Source: an uncultured virus (IMG/VR IMGVR_UViG_3300044613_002265)
Lineage: Duplodnaviria > Heunggongvirae > Uroviricota > Caudoviricetes
Strand: one strand, 5' to 3'
Length of the DNA stretch: 64,000 nt
Virus record (IMG/VR): IMGVR_UViG_3300044613_002265
Within the stretch, counting starts at the first letter, position 1. Each line of letters begins with the position of its first letter. The translations under genes and the position numbers were made by a program. A model generated the notes under the pieces. The model did no database searches. It saw only the letters and a program-made list of their open reading frames with translations, and was not told the DNA's origin. Below are positions 56,501 through 64,000 of this stretch, piece by piece.

Positions 56501-59500
56501 CAGTCCTCTTCATCTGCGCGACGAGCGTCCGGAACTGCCTACCGTCCAAGCCCATCGCAGCGAGTTCTTTGCGGGGGATGTCCTTGGTCGACGCCATCAA
56601 GTCCGAGGCATGCTTCTTCGCGAGAGACTCCGAAGACTTGGACACCAACTCGCCTGAGAGCCTGCCCCACGTTCGCGTGAACCAGATGTCAGCGGTGAGG
56701 GCCTCATCGTCGCCGGTGTTGTTGGCGAAGAACGGGCCAACTTTAGGACCGAAGATGCTGAACGGCGGGACAACTTCGGCGACGGCGTAGTCGTTCGCCT
56801 TGTAGCGATCGCCTTCGGTGCCAGGAACCTTCGAGAGGAAGAACTTCTCGAAGTCGCTGACCTTGATCGGCGGCCCGGTGAATATCCGGCGAGCCTCCTC
56901 AAGGCCGACGCGGTCGATGATCTTCTGGAGTCTCGCGAAGTCAGCGAGCGTGTTCTCGGCTCCGGCTCCGGCAATGCGAATGCCGCTGCCGAGTTTCGCC
57001 TTGCTCGGGTCTGGCTCCTCGAAGAACGCCGTCAGCACGGCGTCCGCCCGGAGCATGTTCTCGTACGGGTTGGCTTCCGGTGAAGTCAAAGCCTGAGCGG
57101 CACGGAACAGAAACTCTGCCTGCGGCGAGATGCCTTCAGACGGCTCGCACTCTCCGTTGGGGCCCTCGACGCCGACGCAGAATCCTGACGCTGTCCTGCC
57201 GCCTCGCATGAGCGGCTGAATCTTGGCGTACTCTTCGATCTGTGTCCGGCGGTCCTCTGGGCTGTAGAAGTTGGGCGAGACTCCGCGAGCCCGCGCGGAC
57301 TCGACCTGGGACACGATGCCAGACACCATGTACTCGAAGTCATCTCCTTCGAGCGGCTTCGTAGTGTCGATGGTGCGGCCACGATGCTCGGCCTGCCTGG
57401 CGACGAGGTAGTTGCCGACCGAGATCGGGTCGATCTCGTCCTTGCCTGCAAGTCCACGCACTGGCGTGGCGCCTGGGACGGACGTGGAAAGAATCTTCTT
57501 GCCGTCGTCGCTCCGCTTGGTTGGGCTCTTCTCGACAGACTCCTTGAAGACGTCGACGTGGCTCGCGCCAGGCGTCCACTTGAGCGGCTCCTTGGCTGGC
57601 TCCTCAGACTTCTTCGCAGCGCGGGGTTTCTTCTCTTTTTCCTTCGACGGCGATCCGTCGCCCTTCGCGCAGTCATTGCCCTTGGCGAACTGGCCGCTCT
57701 CGGTCTGCTCGCAGTCGTCGCGACGCTCGACGCCATCGTCGAACGCACTGCGAGTCTTGTTGCGTTCCTTCAGCCGGGCAAGCATCTTCTTCATTCGCTC
57801 GAAACGCTTGTAGCCAGCATTGGTCTGGTCGGTGAAGTCGAGCGTCAGTTCAATCGTCGTGCCGTTCTCGTTCCACCAGCGATCGCCTTCGGGCGTGGCG
57901 ATCAAGTCCTGAACGGTCATCTGGCCTGTGAGTGCCCTACGCTTCTGGTACGGCGTGAGTTTGATGTCCTCCTTGATGGCGTCGATGTCGGCCCTATCGA
58001 GTTCGCCATCGAAACCAAACTGCGGCCACAGCCGATATCCTTGCAGGGCACTGGTCGACGTTCCGGCGGCGATCGTGTCGGCCCGGATTGCTCCAGACTC
58101 CTCGGCGACAGAGAGCGACTCCGTCATTCGCTCCAACACGAGACTGACGATTCGACGCCTGTCGGCCGAGTCATCTTCCAAGTCTCCGCTGATGGATGAC
58201 ATGGCGGCAGAATCCAGCGACATGCTGTCGTAGTTGACGACGAGATACCCGTCGTCGTCCTTCATCAGCGACACCATGTTCTTGATGTTGCCAAGACGAC
58301 CAGAGCCGTCCGGCGCAACTGGAATCGCGGAGTTGACGATAATGGAGTCGCCGAAGGCGTCGATTCCGACTGATCCGCCCTGACGAACGCCGCCGCTGAT
58401 TGCGACAACGTCCTTGACGCCTTTGACTCTCCCGAAGTCAGAGAGCGTGTCCTTCAGAGACTGGACATCGTTCACGGAGAACGAATCGAGGACTTCGGCG
58501 CCCTTGAACGGCGGCGACGACGAAATGGCTTCCGCGTCCATGTCGACGCTCTCTTCGTCCTCCCACGACGAGCCATCGCTGGCGCAGTCGTTGCCGCTTC
58601 CAAACCGGCCTCCATCGACCCGACCGCAGTCAGCCCCGGCCCTGAACTCAGCCTCTTCTTCGAGCCACTCGAAGAACGCCCGCGACTGATTTCGCTCCTT
58701 GAGCCTCTTGAGCCGCGACGTTTGTTTCTGGAACTTGGCGTAGCCGAGGCTCTTCTTGTCCGACAGGTCGAGAGTCATGCTCAGAGTTGTGCCGTTCTCG
58801 TTCCACCAGACGTCGCCTTCGTGGAATGAGACGAGGTGCTGCACGGTGATGTCGCTGTGAGGCAGGGCCGCGACAAGGGCAGCGTGCGATGGCGTGATCC
58901 GCGTCGCAAAAAGATCGGGCCTCGCAGTCCGCATCAACTTCTCGACCACTGCCTGCGGGGCCTGGGAGAGCGAATGCTTGCTGCTCTTGTCGAGCATGGC
59001 ATCGAATCCAAACTGCGGCCACAGGCGATATCCCTTGAGTTCATACTCGGGGCCGCCAGCGGCACTCATCTTGACCTTCGAGATTCCTGTCTTTTCGACG
59101 CTGGCGATCGCCTCGATAACAGCCTGCTGCATAAGGCTAGTGGCTTTTGCGACCCTCTCGCGAGTGGCAGTCGCAGCCTTGTCTGGGTACATGCCGTTGA
59201 AGCCAAGCACATACTCTCCGTCGTCCCGATACACAGCGACGTTGACGTCAAATTGGCCTTCCGAATCACTGCCATCGCGGGCAAGCGGGATTTCGTTATC
59301 AATGGTGATGAAGGCGCCGGTGCCGTCGTTGCCGCCTGACGCTCCAAAGAACGTCACCTTACTCCCGCGAATTGTCGCGCCGCTCATGGCAGCGAGTTCG
59401 TCGAGCGACTTGATGCCAGCGTCAGACATTCCATCCGCAAGTCCCTGCGGGTTTGGAATAGCGACGCTTCCTGCTTTGTCTGCACCTGTGAATGGCGGCT

Positions 59501-60683
59501 TGTCTTTGAGCCCATCGCCAGAGATAGATAGAGACGACTTCGACTCCTTCCACGAGTCGTCCGCCTTGGCGGGAGCCGCAGAAGACTGGCCGCCTGGGCT
59601 GCACGTATTGTCGATGCCGCCGCCTTCGCCTGTTGGGCAGTAGGCACGCAACTCAGCCCAGTCGCCATCAAGCAGGGCTCTAGCCTCGGCGTCAAAGAAG
59701 GCGTCAGTCAAGTCCAGGCCTCGCTTCGAGAACCTGTCACGCAGGGACTTGAATCGCTTCCAGCCAGGATCGCTGTTGCTGCCGACGGCGAGCGACATCT
59801 CCATCTCGCCGCCGTTCTCTTCCCACCACTCCTGGCCCTCCTTGGTCTCGTACAGAGACTGGATCGTCAAGGCTCCTGCGGCCTTCTCTTTGCGAGCGCG
59901 AGGCGAGAGAATCTTGTCTGGGATGCCGCTGCCGTAGGAGTTGAAGAACCCAGTTGCGAGCGACCATGTGGGCGTGACATGCCTGCGTGGAATCACGCCG
60001 TTGAAGCCGAGCCTCGGCCAGATGCGATAGCCCTTGAAGTCAGAGTTCTTGCCGCTATCACCGGCGGCCAGCATCTCGACCCTGTCGACGCCGATCTTCT
60101 CAGCCTGCGTAATGCTTGCGATCGCGCCCTTCATCATGTGACGAGCGACGGCGACGCTGGCTTTCTGCTTGGCCTCGTCGCTGATCATCAGCATCGTGTA
60201 GGACATGACGAGTCCGTCTTCTTCGGTCCTCGTCAGCGATGCGGCAGTCCGAGCAGCGCCCTCGATGCCAGCCACGGGCATCTCGCTCGTGAACGTCACG
60301 GTGTCTTCGATGTACCGCTCCGGGTCATCGCTTCCCATGAACTCGATGATCTCAAGCAGCCCGCCGTGGGATATCGTGACCTGGGCCTCCGGGTCGAGGG
60401 CCGCGCATGCTCTGGCCGCTTGATCAAGCGTGACGCCGACCTCGCGGAGCGACTTGTTGACCAGTTCGCCGTCCATGATGACGACTGCCTTCACGCCAGC
60501 GAGCGACTTGGCCGGAGGAGACTGCTTCAGGTCATCACCGGCAATGCGAACTGGTCCCTGCTCCCGCTTCCACGAGTTGTCGGTCCTTGCTCCGCTGCCG
60601 TCCTGCGACGAGCAGTCGTTCTTGACGCCGCCGCCGTCGCCGGTGGGGCAGAATGCCCGGTACTCTTCTTCCAGAAAAATCAC
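53535..60683 (-). CDS. Giant polyvalent protein (about 2382 aa) of seven tag-delimited modules
   Basis: GTGA-coupled to the portal stop; seven Cys-Gly tags; four GY..WP..GF modules, one glycosylase-like, one ART-like, one HDxxxH module. Confidence 0.85.
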   Translation of the reverse strand: MIFLEEEYRAFCPTGDGGGVKNDCSSQDGSGARTDNSWKREQGPVRIAGDDLKQSPPAKSLAGVKAVVIMDGELVNKSLREVGVTLDQAARACAALDPEAQVTISHGGLLEIIEFMGSDDPERYIEDTVTFTSEMPVAGIEGAARTAASLTRTEEDGLVMSYTMLMISDEAKQKASVAVARHMMKGAIASITQAEKIGVDRVEMLAAGDSGKNSDFKGYRIWPRLGFNGVIPRRHVTPTWSLATGFFNSYGSGIPDKILSPRARKEKAAGALTIQSLYETKEGQEWWEENGGEMEMSLAVGSNSDPGWKRFKSLRDRFSKRGLDLTDAFFDAEARALLDGDWAELRAYCPTGEGGGIDNTCSPGGQSSAAPAKADDSWKESKSSLSISGDGLKDKPPFTGADKAGSVAIPNPQGLADGMSDAGIKSLDELAAMSGATIRGSKVTFFGASGGNDGTGAFITIDNEIPLARDGSDSEGQFDVNVAVYRDDGEYVLGFNGMYPDKAATATRERVAKATSLMQQAVIEAIASVEKTGISKVKMSAAGGPEYELKGYRLWPQFGFDAMLDKSSKHSLSQAPQAVVEKLMRTARPDLFATRITPSHAALVAALPHSDITVQHLVSFHEGDVWWNENGTTLSMTLDLSDKKSLGYAKFQKQTSRLKRLKERNQSRAFFEWLEEEAEFRAGADCGRVDGGRFGSGNDCASDGSSWEDEESVDMDAEAISSSPPFKGAEVLDSFSVNDVQSLKDTLSDFGRVKGVKDVVAISGGVRQGGSVGIDAFGDSIIVNSAIPVAPDGSGRLGNIKNMVSLMKDDDGYLVVNYDSMSLDSAAMSSISGDLEDDSADRRRIVSLVLERMTESLSVAEESGAIRADTIAAGTSTSALQGYRLWPQFGFDGELDRADIDAIKEDIKLTPYQKRRALTGQMTVQDLIATPEGDRWWNENGTTIELTLDFTDQTNAGYKRFERMKKMLARLKERNKTRSAFDDGVERRDDCEQTESGQFAKGNDCAKGDGSPSKEKEKKPRAAKKSEEPAKEPLKWTPGASHVDVFKESVEKSPTKRSDDGKKILSTSVPGATPVRGLAGKDEIDPISVGNYLVARQAEHRGRTIDTTKPLEGDDFEYMVSGIVSQVESARARGVSPNFYSPEDRRTQIEEYAKIQPLMRGGRTASGFCVGVEGPNGECEPSEGISPQAEFLFRAAQALTSPEANPYENMLRADAVLTAFFEEPDPSKAKLGSGIRIAGAGAENTLADFARLQKIIDRVGLEEARRIFTGPPIKVSDFEKFFLSKVPGTEGDRYKANDYAVAEVVPPFSIFGPKVGPFFANNTGDDEALTADIWFTRTWGRLSGELVSKSSESLAKKHASDLMASTKDIPRKELAAMGLDGRQFRTLVAQMKRTGVIPQQIADWAEARDKQYKKDKFPNPKNGTGTAERYKLDRLAVAILKNQANVMRAPTTSVMRANMIRAMREAAKRTGVSVAYMQDILWQDEQDAWGTLGSRTTTVPGEPSLYSEVIRKIVTEPANYQKRRRESKRSLGVIAEPMSLPLYSDQKGGPEQALFADFIASMDDDEFADLAVEFLTKRAKESRAFCPTGDGGGLDNSCSATDGKLKAQSAELFRGEPSFVDQDDGYIYHVTTEENAKKILSDGFSRPLGSKATVKGGAYENYSKGKVFFTEKSGLAAWKSKIEEHLFHSSDDPPPAAIIRIKKSDVSHLLSDDHVGTQDAGSQAYFIDLSKRKQKRAFCPTGDGGGVDNSCGSDDGSPAAGSPGRTQESLPKSFPRGSDKFRDAIDSVSPDPKSVWDRAKGRADTPPEKILTSAADEQTSSGSSLTPEAEKSYADLVDEIGRQYEALVAAGLKVRAWRGEGEPYGDPPGSTKPNSDKMREEVAKTGEFSFFMTERGFGTGSATPDHPMLRETKYKTADGEPMIANDLFRVVHDMVAHVRGGYSFSTNGEYNGMLTHASTLPEGAWPALFAETFGQNAVYEKTGNYAAQNAYASKIGPEIIKAELAKRNRKARRAVDAEDEGDEPLGYQHLKVRPWLMRPATEQRSADCGRDEGGRFGSGNDCAAEGSSGGPATASPPSSSGTWSSNESATWPASSRDSSPPPIGDGRYGSIDISSPKAVKASLDAAGVDPKLAPMVAGGSDESDVFVRPAPDFSVEFPGSKVTPVMFAFERDFAGVESGLHGSSVIGVTAAGETVVYHSTVNVSDSIKQDDAKRHAAAREFYRAMVSSVEAAHKAGVSRIVLNAAGNSSATKGSLTSTPWRGYTIWPRMGFDAPLPSSIKAKLPPDLSHAKSLLDLHATPDGTRWWRDNGEDLDVKFDLTDRSSPQSKIMDRFIKKFGTDRREMPLGSGDEWLSPEDMLRLDEMWNEIWDDGELDDYEWNDA

Positions 60684-63600
60684 GTCGAAAACTTTCCGTT
60701 CGTTACCGAAGAGAGAAGCCGCATCACGTCGTCGCCGTACTCTTTCCCGGCCCACAGGCCAGCCAGGACTTCAGCAACGAACTCGCGGTGGCTCGTGGCG
60801 GCGTAGCGAGAAACGCTCTTGGCGACGTCGCGGTTCTCGGCGTCAAACGAGAGCGACGCCGATGCGTCGTACGACTCGGCGTCTGCCACGGCATGATGCC
60901 GATGAGCCAGTTCGTGCAGGAGCGGATTGGGCTGCGAGAGCCAGCCCCTCGCTGCTGCGAGCCGGAACGAGGCAACGGCCTCGTCATTCAGAGAGTCGGA
61001 CACGTAGATCGCGTCCGTGTCGAGGTCGTACTCAACTACCGAGCGAGACTCGGTAGTTGGCCTGAATACGATGCTCGGGAGATCAGCCTCGCCAGACTGC
61101 TTCAGTTCTTCGACGAGGGCGTCTGCTGCTTGGCGGCCTTCTCGGCCATGATCTTCTCGCGAGCCGCCTCTATGGCCGCCGCGATCTCTTCCGCCTTCGC
61201 TCCCGTCGGAAAGTCGAACCGCACGAGTTTCGCCTTTGCCTTTGGTTCGTCTGCCACTGTAGTCGCCCTTTCTGATTTCTTTCTTCTCGTTCAAGTCCCA
61301 GATCGCGAGTTGATTGGTCGACTCAGCCGCATCAATGGCGTCGTCGATGTCATCAAATCGCTCCGACAGGTCAAGGTACACTTGGTTGGATTCGGAATCA
61401 ATCCAGCCGCCGATGTGAAGTGTAGGCCTCTCCTCGAACTTAGACTTGTTTTCTTTCAAGAACTTGTCGATCACCGGCCCTGTGACTTTTTGGGCTGATG
61501 GAACAATGGTCTCTGACTCTGGCGCAACCGAGACCATGTAACCAGACGTCGGACTTGACTCTGACACTGGATGAATTGAGAACCCTCCAGTCTCGGCCAT
61601 AGACTTGATCGCCATTTCTGCGATCCGGTCAGACTTGGAGCCGCCTTCGCCGTCGGCTGCGCAATTGTTTCCAGGCCCAAACAGTCCGCCGTCGACTCTC
61701 CCGCAGTCTTCCGCCCGCTGCTCCAGCCCCCACGAGTTGTCATCCAGAGACCTGTACTGCTCGCTGGCGTACCGCTCGCCGTACTTCGGCGTTCGCACGA
61801 AGACCGTGTTGCCAATGCTGACAGAGTCGGTGCCGCCGGTGACTTCACGCCCGGTCCTCTTGTCGTAGAAGTACGCGGCTTTCTTCGGGTTGTAGCCGAC
61901 CGCCGTCCAGTCGTTGATGTCCTCTGGAACCTCGCGGCTCGGCTTGAACTTGCCGACGACCGTCGCAAGCGGAGTCTTTGAGCGGCCCATTGCGATCGCT
62001 GTGGCCGTCGGCTCGTGCGAGACGAACGTCACGTCTCCAGACAATGTCACGATCGAGTCGAATCCAATGACCTTGCCGACGCCGTTCTTGGACTTCGCCT
62101 TGCTGTGGACCGTGACGGCGTACGTGTCCTTTTTCTCGTAGGCTGGAATGTCGATTCGCAGGGCGACGGGAGTTCCTTCAGCAAGTTCGCGGTGCGATCC
62201 GACGAGTTCTCGCTTGGGAATCTCCTGGCCGTCGATCTTTACGTTTCCAGACAATGCAAGGCGAATCGCGTCGTCGCTTGCCATCGGGATGCTGTCAGAG
62301 TTCTTGGACGACTCTGCGACGGGCTTGAAGTCCACCTTGGCGGCGAGCCGCTCGTCGTTTGCGGCGATCGGGCCCTTGATGGCATTGGCCTCCCTGGAGA
62401 GGCGATTGTCCCTGGCCTTGGCGGTCTCCGTCGTGCTGCCGCACGAGTTGTCGATCCCGCCGCCTTCGCCCGTGGGGCAGTACGCCCGCTGCTGCTTGCC
62501 CTTCTTGGCGATCCGTCCGCCAGTCTTGAGGACGGCGTCGTCGCGATGAACAGAGACTGGATACCGTTTGCCGCGATTGTAGAGACGATCGCTAATCTTG
62601 TCGGGGAACGCGGGCTTCGCGAGCGACTCGATCTGTGACGCCTGCTCTCGCGAGAGCGTCTTGCCGATGGGGACAATGCCCGCGCCGTTGTAGCCCATCT
62701 CCACGTAGAAGATGTCCTTGCCAGATGAGTCGCGGACTCTGATGCCGATCTTGTCGCCGGTGACTTTGGCTGACGATCGCCCAGGCTTGCCGCCGAGTTG
62801 TCGCACCAAGTCCTTGATGCGTCGCTCAGACGTGCCCATCTGGTAGAGTTTCTTGGCAGCGCGAGACTGCTTCTTATCGCCCTCGCCGCGACGGAAACCG
62901 CGAACGGGCTCGCCGTCGTCGCTGCTGCCAGCGCACTTGTTGCCGTCCTTGAAGCCGCCAGCGCCCGTCCCGCAGTCGCGAGACTCTGGCATGCTGAGTT
63001 TTTCTTCGGGAATGATCCACAGTTTGCAGATCGCGTTGGGCGAGATGATGCCCTTGACGATCTCGCAGGAGCCGCCCTCTTCGTAGTAGATGCAGTTCCG
63101 GCAGGCGATGCCGCGAGACGCGAAAGGGTTCTTCTCCATGTAGTGGGCGCCGCTTGGGCCTTGCTGGGGCCAGCGTCCACTCTTCTTGACGATCTCTTCC
63201 TGGGCGTCGTACAGGGCCTGATTCTGCTGCGAGAGGGCCCGCTTCTCTTGGATCGGCTTGAGTTGCGAGACCTTGATGCCCGCTTCCTCGCCGGTCTCTT
63301 CGTCGACGACAAGGGCCACGGGCTCGCCTGGCTGGACTTCGATCTTCTCGCCAGACTTGAGGTCGAGCGTGCCCTGCTCCATGACGTGCTTGACGCGGCC
63401 GGTCTTGCCTTCGCCGTAAGAAACAAGCATGCCTTCTTCTTTCGGCTTCGACTGCTCACCCTTCTCGGCCGGGTTCGGAGCCTTGCCCGTCTTGACTTCA
63501 GGCAGGCTCGGGACGCCGCCTTGGGCTGGCGGCGGCGGGGCTCCTGGGCCGCCCATCATTGCCGGGTCGGGCTTCGGCTTGACTGCCTCGTCGATCGTCT

Positions 63601-64000
63601 GCATGTTCATGCCGACGAAGTGCTTGTCGCCGTTTTCGAGCGGCGGAAGGTTCTCAAGTCGACGGCAGTCGTTGATCGAAAAAATCCCGAGGTTCGTCAT
63701 CGTGGAGTAGTAGCCCGCGCGAGAGTTGGAGTCCCCTCGCATCAGTCCACGCACGTCGAACTCGGCGACGAACAGGTCGTCGTTGTAGATCAGCGACCGA
63801 GAGATCGCGCTCTCGATGCGTCGCAGCCATGGCACCAGCGTGTAGGTGACGAAGTCCTGGCCCTCGATCTCCGGGTTGCCGCCAGGCTGGCCCTGCACGA
63901 GCCGGAGGGGCAACCGATAGACCCTCGCGATCTCCTCGGACTGGAAGCGGCGTGTCGACTCGAACTGCGACTGCTCGGCCGTGAAGCCGACGGGCTCGAC
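60680..64000 (-). CDS. HK97-family portal protein (5' end outside the window) with about 950-aa multi-domain C-terminal extension
   Basis: QFESTRRFQSEEIARVYRLP...YTLVPWLRRIE...EFDVRGLMRGD...FSINDCRRLENLPP; then Tudor-like, HiPIP-like, three tagged modules and a HELAH zincin. Confidence 0.92.
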   Translation of the reverse strand, partial: VEPVGFTAEQSQFESTRRFQSEEIARVYRLPLRLVQGQPGGNPEIEGQDFVTYTLVPWLRRIESAISRSLIYNDDLFVAEFDVRGLMRGDSNSRAGYYSTMTNLGIFSINDCRRLENLPPLENGDKHFVGMNMQTIDEAVKPKPDPAMMGGPGAPPPPAQGGVPSLPEVKTGKAPNPAEKGEQSKPKEEGMLVSYGEGKTGRVKHVMEQGTLDLKSGEKIEVQPGEPVALVVDEETGEEAGIKVSQLKPIQEKRALSQQNQALYDAQEEIVKKSGRWPQQGPSGAHYMEKNPFASRGIACRNCIYYEEGGSCEIVKGIISPNAICKLWIIPEEKLSMPESRDCGTGAGGFKDGNKCAGSSDDGEPVRGFRRGEGDKKQSRAAKKLYQMGTSERRIKDLVRQLGGKPGRSSAKVTGDKIGIRVRDSSGKDIFYVEMGYNGAGIVPIGKTLSREQASQIESLAKPAFPDKISDRLYNRGKRYPVSVHRDDAVLKTGGRIAKKGKQQRAYCPTGEGGGIDNSCGSTTETAKARDNRLSREANAIKGPIAANDERLAAKVDFKPVAESSKNSDSIPMASDDAIRLALSGNVKIDGQEIPKRELVGSHRELAEGTPVALRIDIPAYEKKDTYAVTVHSKAKSKNGVGKVIGFDSIVTLSGDVTFVSHEPTATAIAMGRSKTPLATVVGKFKPSREVPEDINDWTAVGYNPKKAAYFYDKRTGREVTGGTDSVSIGNTVFVRTPKYGERYASEQYRSLDDNSWGLEQRAEDCGRVDGGLFGPGNNCAADGEGGSKSDRIAEMAIKSMAETGGFSIHPVSESSPTSGYMVSVAPESETIVPSAQKVTGPVIDKFLKENKSKFEERPTLHIGGWIDSESNQVYLDLSERFDDIDDAIDAAESTNQLAIWDLNEKKEIRKGDYSGRRTKGKGETRAVRLSDGSEGGRDRGGHRGGSREDHGREGRQAADALVEELKQSGEADLPSIVFRPTTESRSVVEYDLDTDAIYVSDSLNDEAVASFRLAAARGWLSQPNPLLHELAHRHHAVADAESYDASASLSFDAENRDVAKSVSRYAATSHREFVAEVLAGLWAGKEYGDDVMRLLSSVTNGKFST
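61102..61257 (-). CDS. Putative overprinted small ORF inside the portal gene
   Basis: VADEPKAKAKLVRFDFPTGAKAEEIAAAIEAAREKIMAEKAAKQQTPSSKN; AGAAAGGG upstream. Confidence 0.45.
   Translation of the reverse strand: MADEPKAKAKLVRFDFPTGAKAEEIAAAIEAAREKIMAEKAAKQQTPSSKN

Noticed and set aside
800..58200. Frequent CAAGTCT(C) heptamer as a regulatory repeat
   Set aside because: Mostly inside coding regions and explainable by codon-pair choice; significance cannot be shown without counting
60684..60755. N-terminal 24 aa of the 2406-aa ORF as listed
   Set aside because: Overlaps the portal 3' end; the GTG at 60683 gives a standard GTGA coupling
63..63710. Numerous long plus-strand and alternative-frame ORFs in the track (e.g. 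22718-24535, 47737-49266, 39196-40653, 62239-63459)
   Set aside because: They are antisense or off-frame shadows of clear minus-strand genes in GC-rich DNA, with R/P/S-rich composition and no recognisable motifs
1..64000. Assigning a host (gene style hints at Planctomycetota)
   Set aside because: An impression only; no host genes, att site or spacer match is available in the window

Overview
This 64-kb, GC-rich window is a slice of a tailed-phage or prophage genome with an HK97-type head and a non-contractile, siphovirus-like tail. Almost everything is on the minus strand. In transcription order (right to left) it contains: (1) a head module whose portal, prohead protease and two neighbouring giant ORFs carry long multi-domain extensions; (2) major capsid, connector, tail, tape-measure and a Gly-rich fibre gene; (3) a small nucleotide-metabolism cluster and a plus-strand tyrosine integrase; (4) a roughly 20-kb early/accessory region of short genes driven by at least seven near-identical sigma70-type promoter cassettes, including Ro60 with two tandem Y-like RNAs, a MoxR/CbbQ-type AAA ATPase with three paralogous partner genes, an ART-fold protein, a DenV-like glycosylase and an Ocr-like protein; (5) a replication/recombination module (SNF2 helicase, RecE-like nuclease, SSB-like protein, Prim-Pol, intein-containing UvrD-like helicase). 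The most striking feature spans about 14.5 kb of the head locus. Thirteen copies of a short x-x-R / Cys-Gly-rich-Asn-x-Cys tag divide the portal, a 2382-aa protein, the protease and a 633-aa protein into discrete enzyme-like modules (five GNAT-like paralogs plus ART-like, glycosylase-like, zincin-like and others). This suggests a capsid-packaged effector polyprotein processed by the prohead protease. All functional calls come from reading motifs by eye; no database searches were run.
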